Shown here in pieces: positions 26,709-38,640 of a stretch of 64,000 bases of DNA. The number at the start of each line of letters is the position of its first letter. Position 1 is the first letter of the stretch. The position numbers and the translations under genes are program-made. The stretch comes from Octopus sinensis (taxonomy: Eukaryota): contig NC_042997.1 in assembly GCF_006345805.1 (NCBI RefSeq), positions 35,712,001 through 35,776,000 of the forward strand. The letters are read 5' to 3'. The notes below the pieces were generated by a model. The model saw only the letters and a list, made by a program, of their open reading frames with translations, did no database searches and was not told the DNA's origin.

Positions 26709-28472
26709 GTTCAATTTAATCAATACGTTTACTAGAAGGGTTAAGATTTTACAGAGTATTGTAAAATAATTTGCTGTTATATAAAATCCCGTAAAGAGTA
26801 AATTAACCCTACAGTCAAGAAATAATACTCTCAAAAGAAAGATTTCCTAAATTTGCTCAAAGAAAATATTAAAAAAGCAAGATCACTTTCCACCCCATCA
26901 ATCTCTGTAATTTACATTATACTTCCCACTCACATTTCATTTTTAAGAATTTCACTAGAAAGTAGCGCTTAAATCTACATCGTCACATTCGATTTCCATT
27001 GAAACTGAATTAAGTTGATCAGGGCTCGGCCAAAAATGGAGAGCGATTCAGTGTTGAAATCTTTCGATCTCATTTACTACATAGTCTATTTCTTTAACGC
27101 TACTAGACAGATACACATTACCCCTTCTTCTAAGACAAAAGAAGACGATGGGACAATGTCCTCAAACGATTCAACACTATAGTTTAATCTGTCTTACATT
27201 CAGAAGTAGGTATTTACCAAACGTCCACAAGTTATCAATGCTCAAGTATTGGATGTACGTGTGCAGAACAGTTTTCTCACATTGAAAGCATTTAGAGAAG
27301 GCCCAGCTGACGGCATTTCCATACCTCTACAGATTATGTTGAAACGGTAATGCGACCAAGTAGAACTGGCAGGATATAGATGTTTCGAAATAATCCATGA
27401 GCAACCCATCGAAAGAAAATACCAGGCCAGTAGCTAGTATGCTGTTTTTGACGCAAACAGTGTAACCCACCACCCAGCTTATCATTCTGTCCTGCTAGTT
27501 AACCACTTCAAATCAGAACTGCAATGTCCGTGTGGTGGCGGACTGAGAGGACTGATCCCATGATCCAAGAGACGGATCTTGATCTACGTATCGGTCAGGA
27601 CGGTAGATTTGTGAAAAACGAGTCTGAGAAATGGCAACTACAACCGCTCTCTGTCATGTAGACAGTAGAAACGTCGCACCCTCATCAAATGTAAGTGTAT
27701 CATTAACCAGTCCTCCATTTAGTGTGTTGTCATTAAAAGGTGAACCTTTACAATGCGATCTGTCTCTTCTAACAAAATCAGGAAGGTAGGCGGTCCAACT
27801 CGGTGAAACATGAAAATTTATGATGGATGGGATGTAACCACACGCATCTGCGACGGATATCTCCAAGAAAGCCTACCGTCAGCATATTTCTTTGTAATAA
27901 TGACTAATTTGCTCGTTACGTTGTTCTACTTGGTGGCCTTTGTCAATCCTCACTCTGAACAATGTAAATAGTCCGTCCGTTACCGCTCCGCAACCCTGCC
28001 GGAGAACATGGGGCCTTGAACTTTCTATCATGACCATATTGTTATTCAAAAGCTATGCAATATCTGACGTGTTACAGAACGTAGGTGTTAATCTATAAAT
28101 GGCAAAAAGAATTCCCCACATCTTGCCATTTGTGCTTGGCACAACTGGAGCGATATATAATTTCTGTACGAATATTGGCAAATTGACACGTTGATAACTT
28201 CTATAAAATTGCAATACACGGTATCTGAAAACAATTTAAAGATATCTAACACAGAGATTAGCAATCGTGAACGTCTTTTCTTAATACTAAACATTGAGGA
28301 GCACACTCATTCAGGGCAATTATCTATTTCTGAATCTGAGAACAGAAACTATGTTATAGAAAACATAATTAAATTAATAACAACACGAGCAACAATAGAA
28401 GAACAATAGCGGCAAAAGGAAAGGGAGAAGACGATGGAAGAAAAAATAAAAGAACTTAGTGGTTCAATCTTG

Positions 28473-28515
<43 letters not shown>

Positions 28516-28516
<1 letters not shown>

Positions 28517-29183
28517 GAGATCTGATCAACAAGTATACGGACTGTTGCCATAGTAAAAGAGATAAAGCAACCAGAGAGAAGCCGCTTCGCACTGACTGAC
28601 CTTGACTTCTGTTGTGCATGTGCACTAAATTTTAACGTTCTAACTCGCCTTCGCTGTTTACAGCAGTGCTTGGATGTAACGTGTGTAACGTGTGATCGTC
28701 ACATTGACCATGACAGAGAATGTTGTGAGGACGATATCTGCTCAGAGGCCTGCACTAATTTACAGAAAGTGAAGAGTGAATGGTAAATGGGTCTCCCACA
28801 AGTGTACGAGTGGTTCCGACGTTTCGAAGTTGACGCCAAAATGGCAATAATGACGAACGTGTCTACGAGACCCGCAACCGACAGAACTGAGCAGAGGATT
28901 GCAGATGTGATTGCACCTGTGAAGCGAAATCGTCGAATCACTATCCGTGAGTTATCCTAGAATGTGCAGATTAGATACGGTTCAGTCCATTATCGTTGAA
29001 AATTTGAGTATAAGAGGCGTATCTGCAATTTTTGTGCCAAAACTGATTGCAGCTGACAAAAAACAATACTCGGATTTCATCAGTTGCACCACATCCCCTT
29101 GATTGTGTCGAGCGCGGCTTAACTCTACGTGCTTTAGCTTATTTACTGTAGCAACAGTTCGGGTACTTAGTGATGAGACCTCG
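28516..29183 (+). mobile_element. Non-autonomous mariner element (668 bp) with both TIRs and TA flanks
   Basis: TA|CGAGATCTGATCAACAAGTATACGGACTGTTGCCATAGTAAA versus the reverse complement of the right end, TA|CGAGGTCTCATCACTAAGTACCCGAACTGTTGCTACAGTAAA. Internal VYEWFRRF, NRRITIREL and FVPK transposase remnants. Confidence 0.9.
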
Positions 29184-29191
29184 TATATATA

Positions 29192-29247
<56 letters not shown>

Positions 29248-29357
29248 ATTTAAATAATGAGGGAGATAAATTGAATATTAATTTAATTAATATCAACTTA
29301 AAACCAATAGCCTAGCATACAAAAATCTGAAAAATCATAGAAAATTGTAATACATGT

Positions 29358-29478
29358 GTATATTGAAAGGGCTAAAATACCACTATGTGGTCAGCCATAT
29401 GCTAGAAGTTTGATCGTAGGTGATCTACTTCTAGCATATGGCTGACCACATAGTGGTTTTTAGCACTTTAAATATATA
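29358..29478. repeat. Long hairpin/palindrome with a perfect 31-bp core stem
   Basis: 29379-29409 is the exact reverse complement of 29427-29457; imperfect extensions on both sides. Confidence 0.95.
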
Positions 29479-30168
29479 GAAGAGACCGTACTACTATCTA
29501 TTTTATCAAGTGATATAATAATGCTGCATAAGTAGAGTGAAGCTCTCTTAATTATTATAGACAAGCAGCGTTGAATATATGTTTCAAATAATAACCCGAT
29601 GGTGTTGCAGCCTATGAAGAGATTAATTTGTTATGTATACATACAAAGTGTTAGTCAGAAACATTGTAACAGGAAGGAAGAAGAATATATGCCATTTAGT
29701 GAATGAAAGCTAATTTCGTTTGAATTTCTACAGTGGAATCACTATCATCCTACAATATATGACACATGTCGTTGTAGTTTAAATTATGTTTACAGCCTCA
29801 CTAGTACACACGCACACACGCACACATACACATACTAGCATGCACGCACTGGCACACTCATACAAACACGTAGACATATATTATTAATATGAACAGACAT
29901 TAATATATATGTCATTTCGTGATTACTTTGGCAGATGATTTGACACTTCATAAGTGGAGATATTTATTTGCATAGCAACCATTACTCCATTTGGTGAATA
30001 TAAATGCTGTATGAAAATAAAGCGTGAAAATCCATTAAAATGTACAGCTTTATTAGCCAAATATTCTGTATAGAATATTTGTAAAGTTCATTTCACAAAT
30101 ACTTAACGCGTTATGGATTCAAAAATTAGAGAATGCATATAAAGTATAATGAAATAAATAAATATATA

Positions 30169-30216
<48 letters not shown>

Positions 30217-30492
30217 TCAAATATCCGTGTGAAATCTTCAGAATACGCTCCAGGAAATGAACTATGGGTATTTTTCCGAAAATATGCTGATTATCGACGA
30301 ATCATTAATGTGAAACATATCGATTAAAGTTGATACTTGAGCATAGTCAGATCCAACTCGCTAGAAACATTAGTTTTTTGTATAATATGGAATTCTATAT
30401 AATATTTTACAATTATAATGTTATATTTTAAAACAACGTTTGCTTTTTGGATTCTATAGCACTTTATAACTTATATTTACTTCTATTCTCAC

Positions 30493-30536
<44 letters not shown>

Positions 30537-32248
30537 GAGTGCAGAAGACTTAACCAAAATTATATCGTAATATTTGTGTATGAATATCAATTACTCAGAA
30601 TCGTACGCAATATTTTAGATCAAATTATATTAAACCCCAGACGAGTAACCATATAAGGTAAGAGTAGAATTATATCTCATGGGGAGAGATTTGTGAAATT
30701 GTGTACGTTATCCAATGAAGCAAAATCGCTATTTCTTCTGTAGCTTCAAAGCATTCATATGAACATTGTTATCACGTAAGACTAAATTCTAATTACGTGG
30801 ATGTCTAGAAACAACGACTATATCTCCTTCCTATTAAATGAACAGTTGCACATATAATGTTTGGTATTCACTATGAAGGAAGTTCGTAGAAACATCTAAT
30901 TTCCTTGTGTTTTAAAATACTACATGTAACAACAGTTTATTATTAAGCTAAGATAAAGTAATTATTGATAACTTTTTTATATCCTTAAGGCTGCTCCATT
31001 TCAATGATTGAGTGCTTCTTATCAAAGGTATTATTGAAGCATAAATTTGCTTCCGAAGACGACGATAACTACTATATTGTTATGTATTATATTATCCTAT
31101 AGTGTACATATCGACAGTACGGTTACTAATAGAAATAAGCGTCTTTTAAAACTTACATTTTGACAGTCTCTCATCACTAAAATATTGTATGAGGTTTGGT
31201 TACGCAATAAATCTTGGTTTAAAAAATATATCTGTATGAAAGCACAACCGTATATTATTCTTCCTCTTTTAGTGTTTTAGTCAACATTAAAAGTTGAATA
31301 ATTTTTTTTATATATGATATATTTCTATGATTGATAACAGTTTTACTTTTCTCGTGGTTATGTCGTCACTTATTCATTTCAATGTTCCTGATCAATTAGA
31401 TAATCGCCATTTAGCAATCTCCCAGAATAACCTACGGAATACATTCACGATCAATGAATAAAGGCATTTAACAAGATATTACAACATATATGAATAACTT
31501 TGTAGATGCCCACATTTCTGTAATGGAATATTAATGGAGTCTGCAAACACAAATTTTCTTTGACCCAAAAGATGTATTTATTTGGAATTTTAATTTCTGG
31601 TGCATTTTCACGGCAACTCTTTTATATAGTTTTACTTTTGTCTATAAATCTAGTAAACACATAAATCTCATATTATGGTCTAAAATAATAATAATTACTG
31701 AAATATAAATGTTCGACGTAAGTTCTACTCTAAGACGCTTTGTTAATCAAAAAGAAGTAATATTGATTACGCAATACTACCGAAATGACTTTCGATTGAC
31801 AAACGACTAGCGTCAGCTCAACAATTTAGAAAATGCTAGGAATGCTATCTTGAAACTTCGTTCTCTGCTACCGCAATAAATATTTCTATTACACTATGGT
31901 AGACTATAGTAACAATATTGATAAACCATTCGACAGAGACGCTTTAGGCGTTACTAATTGTATGCTTACTACCAGTTATATTGCTATGTCTCCACTAATA
32001 AATATCATTGAGATTTTCGTAAATAAATCAATACATACTGGAAGATAAAGGGATTTCTTACAACTAGTTTTGGTTAATTTGGGGGTTGCTCTTTCATATT
32101 TTAGTAATTAGTAACATACAATTGATTTTTGAACTTCATGATTGTTTGAGCCAAACAAAGCTCATAAATAAAATGTTTAGATGTAGGATAAATCGAACTA
32201 ACTCTTCTCTCCTTTCTTCCGCATTTCTTCTCTCTCTCTCCATCTCTT

Positions 32249-32288
<40 letters not shown>

Positions 32289-34090
32289 AATGTATCTATT
32301 TTCCGTCTGTATACATAAGTAAGAACACATACGCACCGTACACAAAGGCGCATACGCATACACGCCCCCACTCACCCTCACACAAACACACGTATTTGAA
32401 TGAAACCTATTGACAATATTTAAAGCGAAGGAACATGAACGATAACAGAAGCAACATACTAACAAAAACATGAAGAATAATGAAAACATCTTTTCTCGAA
32501 ATGATAACAACAAAGAAGTCGATTCCCATATTTTCCATTAACTATTATTATATAGTCTAGAAGCTTGGCAATAAATCTCATGAAACTCCTTTGCTGAACA
32601 TAAGATATAAAAACAATAACAACATAAAAGAGATAAGCTAATGTTAGTATGCTATATACTGATTTGAAATAAAATACAAGGTATACGATTTTTGATAAGC
32701 ATACAATTTTCGACTGGCTGCAAAAACTATACAAAGTGGTTAATACACAGTATTTTATCTTTTCAGGAGCAGAAAATGTGAGATCGATCTGACTAGTGTA
32801 TGGCTCTCTTATACCTTTATCAGAGAAGGAATACACACTCTCTGTTCTTGAATAGATTAGCAGTTTATAGCTGTTTAATGTGTATAGAAACTTATCCGCA
32901 AATAAATTATTACATAATATTTGCATAACTGTATATATGATGACTACGTGTTTAATTAAATAATCAATAAATGTACAATCCGTGTTAATTAATTAATTAA
33001 CCGTGTTAATTAATTAGTTATGTACAATAGAGTGTTATTGATAATATCAAACAGATTTCAATGTTTAACATTTTTAATTAGCATACCATGTGAAAAAGAA
33101 ATACAGTAGTTAAACCACAAGATTAAATCTTTCCATGGGCAAAAACAAAAGTGATTTAATTTGAGGAGTTTCCAATTTTTAAAAACTTCATACACGTTAC
33201 AGCAGTTCATAGAGCGTATTATCTTGGACCCAACTAAGTGATCCACGGAACGTTCATAAAAGCTCCAGGGCTAGTTAATCAATAATTCAATAAACTGAAT
33301 TCCTGAATAATTTACTTTTGTTAATGGAAAATATTAATTTTGCCTATTGAAAAATAATTTGTAAATAACATGTATATTTATTAATTGACTTCTGAGTCCA
33401 GAAGCAAAGTATTATAGTGACTGCTTGATTACAAAGTTTCCTAATTACAAGTTTAAAATGCAATCTATTATTGCATTATATATACACGCAACAGTTTCAA
33501 GGGCATATTTTTAATGCGTGTCACTTATGAAATATATACATATATATTTTTTTTTCTAGTTTAAGTAGAAGCAGAAACGTAGCACAACACAATTAAAAAC
33601 AATGTATTATTTTACTTAAGTTATATGCACTAAGACAGTGCTGAAATTGATGAAAACTATTACAAAAACGGCAGTGGTCATATTAAGTAAAATTATACAA
33701 GGCACGTAATTTCTGACTGAAATTTTTAAAGGGAGACAGGCCTGTCTACACAAGTAACATTACAAAATCCCTTTCAAACAAATGCATAGAAATTGTTAAT
33801 CGTTTTACAGTGTACTGTACTTACGCAATTTTATTTGTTTCTCTTACTGAAGTGTAGATGTGGTAGGTCACTATTCTGTAGTGTTACTCACTCCTAAAGA
33901 CTGATTTTCGGAAATTGTAGGACATATGAACATGTGCATGGGCAATACAGACTCTGATGTACATATTCTCTTATAATACTGTGTGCATGAGCGCGCGTTT
34001 GAGATTGCGTGTGCACATACCTGTAAATAACCAAATATATACATCCACATACACTATTTATGTGCATGTGTGTGTATGTAGATGTATGTG

Positions 34091-34121
<31 letters not shown>

Positions 34122-35427
34122 CATATGTATGGCTTCTATGAAGTTACAGTCTAGTAACTTTTAACATGTTCATTCTGGACCTGTGGCTATAGCGGAAGGC
34201 GTTGTTAGTAGGACAACACGGATGATCACAGCTTCTATACACATATTCTAGAGAAACTGTTTAATCTTTTAACATATATCCTTGAAAAAAAATTTATCAC
34301 GTTAAAAGTTACTAAATTCTCGCTCATTTGTCTGTGTTTCCGCTTTATGCAAAAACATGATGTGTGTCGTGTGGTAGATAATTGTATCAATTTAGATGGA
34401 GTATTGTGAGTTTAGAGTCTCTATGTTGGACACCACTCGACACAAATCTAAGTAACTATTAGCATTATCGCTTTTAGTTCGTTGGTATTTCAATTATATA
34501 TGATGTTATATTATATAAACAGTCTATCTTATAAAATGAAATAATGAGAATAAAATTATATTGAATTAATTTTACTATTTATAATCTTAAAATATTCTTT
34601 GGGTACGTTAAATTTGCCAATATATCTCATAAAGCAGTTCTTCATAATTGTAATCATATATTTGGCAATGGTGCGTGAATAACGTGTTTAGAGAGATGTA
34701 TAGAATGGGTTGTTTCATATCGAGTAAGACTGCAAGGAGAACTTAAATGAACTGTATAACTAAATGCCCATTCATTGAATACGAAATGTTCCATAAATCA
34801 TAAGAAAGAGCAGTACATGCAATTGGTTTAAATATATAGTTACGTAAAACTTACTGGCTAGAAATCATATTATTTTGTCCATGGAAATATGGAAGTAACT
34901 GCAATGGATGGAAAAGCATCACTTCCCCATGGATAAATATTCGAGAATAAATTTCACCTTTGTATCTCAAAGAAAAGAGAAAAAAAACACTCAATTCCAA
35001 ATATTCTAAGCGCATACCTTCTCGTAAACGTTAATAACAACGTGACTAGCTGATATTTAGTTTCTTTTCGAGTCTTGTTTTATGAATGCTAGAACTAAGA
35101 AATGAAGAGAGGAAGAAAAAGGCATTAAGTGTAAAACGGAAATAGGAGAAAGCAAAATGAAACAAACAGTTATTGATTTTAGCTTTGGTTTTAAAATTGA
35201 AGCTAATTAAATATAGTATTCTTTTAAATTTATTGCAAATTTCAGTTGGAGAGTAGTGTTATCTAACAGGCCATTTAACTTGCTGAAGACAAAATGAGGA
35301 CATAGTACTGCAATAATCTGGCGGTTGTCAATAGAAATAATAATGCCTATTAATCAAGTATCGAGGAGTAATACATGAAAGTTTTCGTAAGACATGCGTT
35401 GCTGATTTAGATATGTTATATTCTTTA

Positions 35428-35430
35428 TTA

Positions 35431-35512
<82 letters not shown>

Positions 35513-35516
35513 AATG

Positions 35517-35611
<95 letters not shown>

Positions 35612-35782
35612 GATAATATAATAATAATAATAATGATAATAATAATATAATAATAATAATAATAATAATAATGATAATAATAATAATAATAATAATAATA
35701 ATATAATAATAATAATAATATAATAATAATAATAATAATAATATAATAATGATAATAATAATAATGATAATAATAATAATAA
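35428..35782. repeat. (TAT)n followed by (TAA)n microsatellite
   Basis: Direct reading. Confidence 0.95.
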
Positions 35783-36018
35783 TCTGCCGATGTTATTCAG
35801 TTTTATGTCTGTTGTACAAGCATTGTATAAAACAGCTTCATTCAGTTACAAAGTCTCAGAATCCCTTCTTATTTACTGCATAATATACATACATACAGAC
35901 TCGAACAAACTCCGACACACAAGAACAAGCACACACAAACACTCACACATAGGCATTGTTATAAACACACAAGTATATATTATATGTGTATACACGTATA
36001 TCTGTTATATATCTATAG

Positions 36019-36079
<61 letters not shown>

Positions 36080-37199
36080 GTCCTTTCGTAACATAGGTTT
36101 AAGAACCACCTGTACAGTTAATTCTTATATAGAGCAGAATTCGTTTGCACACAATATACTAATTACAAATAGTACATACTCAACGATGTGCTCTCACAAC
36201 TAGAATTGTATTAGTCGTTACGCTTTTCATCTTAGTATCTGCTCTTGACACCGTATCATCATTGTAAAAGAAGAATCTCACTATGACGTATTAGTCTTTC
36301 TTAAAATCGTTGAAGACAAACAGATACTACTTATAACAAACATTTTCAATAAACAGAATAGTTAAGATATGTGCATACGTTTCTATTTGAAAAGAAAATT
36401 GAAAGTTATCACCTGAAAGAGCAGATAATTTTTTCATTACACCTGAAAAATTAATGTAGAACTTTTAACTCTGAGTTACACTACCTCGCTCTACGCACAT
36501 TGAATACATTCATGCATGTATATATTAGTGTTTCTTCTGTTGTGTTTTTTGTGTGTTTAGTGTATGTAGTGTTATTTTAATGGGTTTTAATCTTGTAAAG
36601 TATAAGCTGTGTGAGTTAGTGCTGTTTTAGATTATTTGGTTATTAATGTAGAGGGTGTGTGTGAATATTGTACGATATTTTGTAAAATTGGGAGTGTCTT
36701 GCAGAGTTGTGGACTGTTCTTAGAAGAGCTATTTTAAAGCAGTATACAGTGTCGTGAACTCTGTTAGGTCTTCTGTGTTTCTTTCCATATTATTTTTAAA
36801 CATGTTTATGATTCGAATTACCTGTGCTATTCTTTTCACCAACATCAAGTGGAACATCTTGTATATATATATATATTTATTAAGGGCATTACTATTCATT
36901 AATGACTCACGCTAGGAGGGACTCTTAAAGTCAAAACTACCATAATAAACACATTGTACGGAAAGCGAGGCAATGCAACTCTCGAAACAAGCCTTTTAAA
37001 AACAGATTCAGCTGCAGATCATAGGATTTCATAATTAGTGCACAAAATGTATTTTTTAATCGTCAGTGCATGCATAATCATGACACATAAAAATGAACAA
37101 AAAATAAACACACCAGACGAACACCATGAATAAACGCTTGTAATGAGAGGCAAATCGAAAATCCCACCTCTTACATAGATATATAAGTGTGAACAATTC

Positions 37200-38640
37200 T
37201 ATGTCCTATGCTGGATACATTTATAAACACGATCAGGTCTTTGCATCGAAATATGAAAGCTAGAGTTAATTTTAGTAAGTTCTCTGAATTTTTTACTGTG
37301 GAAAATAGAGTAAGACAAGGAGACCTTGATGCACCCACCCTTCTTATAATATACTTTGATACTGTGATTTCACACGCTTTTCAAAATCCGAACGACAGGG
37401 AATATTTTAATCTTACCAGACTGAAAATCAAAACGAAGGTGTTTACTTCACTCATGAGGGAACACTTATACTCTGACGATTGCGATCTAGTCCGTCATTC
37501 TGAAACAGTCCTACAGTCTCATGCATTTGCATTTGGCTCAGCTTGTGATGATTTTGGCTTGAGCATCAACCTGCGTGTGGTGCTGTTTGCAACCTTCCTA
37601 AAATTGCTGTTGAGCTTAAGCTACTTGATGTTGTTAAATCTTCTATCTACCTTAGAAGCTCTGTACAAAATGATGAAAACATTGATACAGAAATGCATAC
37701 GAGAATTCAAAGAGCAGCACATGCATTTGATGTCTTGGAGTCACGCGTTTAGCGCGAAGGACATATACATAACAATAAAAATTGGCTCTTTACAAATCAT
37801 TTGTATTATCAACACTTTTGTATTCTTCTGAAACATGGACGTGTTATGAAAGACTTTTCAGTTTGTTAGAACAATTCCATCAAAATGTCTTCATCGCATT
37901 ATAAACATCAAATGGAGTTCTTTTACTCCAAACACAGATGTCTTTGCATCTTCAGACAACATCTCAATTAAAGCCATGATTAAAAAAAAAAACAAATGAG
38001 ATGTTGTGGCCATATTGTTAGTATGGTGGATGAACGTACACCCATACAAATGTTTTATGGTGAGCTTGCAGAGGAGAAACACTATCGGTGTAAACCTAAA
38101 ATGTGGTTTGAGGACGGCATAAGGACTACCGTGAAGTCACTTGGAATGGATCCAGAGGACATAGCAACCCTTGCTTCGGATCGAGCTAGATAGAGTGGAG
38201 TGAAGGCGTTTTAAGAGGCGAGTATAACGCCTTTAATACTCAAGAGAGATTTAAAGAAGTTTGTTACAATCAAGAAGGTGAATCAAAATGACCTTTTTGT
38301 TTGCATAGTTTCTTGTGTTTGGCCCTAATCTCATTTGCAAACCCAGGGAAAATGAATATACACCAACTATTGTGCCTATATGTCTGTGCATACATTTCAA
38401 TGCAATGTATACCAGAAAGTCTGCAAATCTAACGTAGGCGTCAAAACACATTTTAAGATCTACAAAAATCAGAACTTAACTGCAGCTCTTGTTGGTCCCA
38501 ATCAGCTGTGCAATCTCTGCGGTTGTCTTTTCAAAAGACTGCCTGGTTTAAAAAGCCACATCAGACGACATGATAGTTCTAATGTGTAGGTACAGGAGGT
38601 CGTCAAACTCTGCATAAGGTGTAGGCAACCAACATATACA
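37200..38640 (+). mobile_element. 5'-truncated RTE (BovB-like) LINE, RT C-terminal part plus C2H2-like tail (degenerate)
   Basis: VRQGDLDAPTL; FNLTRLKIKTKV..LYSDDCDLVRHSE..LQ..FGSACDDFGLSINL; later GHIVSM..P.QMFYGEL; DRAR; terminal CNLCGCLFKRLPGLKSHIRRH. Confidence 0.92.

Noticed and set aside
27050-27125. KEIDYVVNEIERF on the minus strand, resembling a P450 ExxR helix
   Set aside because: Four-residue motif only; the surrounding frame has stops and no haem motif.
32750-32790. TTTTATCTTTTCAG|GAGCAGAAAAT|GTGAGA possible 11-nt microexon
   Set aside because: Frame-shifting length, weaker donor and no supporting context.
32459-32926. 155-aa minus-strand ORF
   Set aside because: AT-rich, no recognisable motif and no supported splice partners; compatible with chance.
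36960-36995. GAG-GCAATGCAA-CTCTC-GAAAC, resembling stem II of the 63709 motif
   Set aside because: No recognisable CUGANGA or stem I; too short to call homology.
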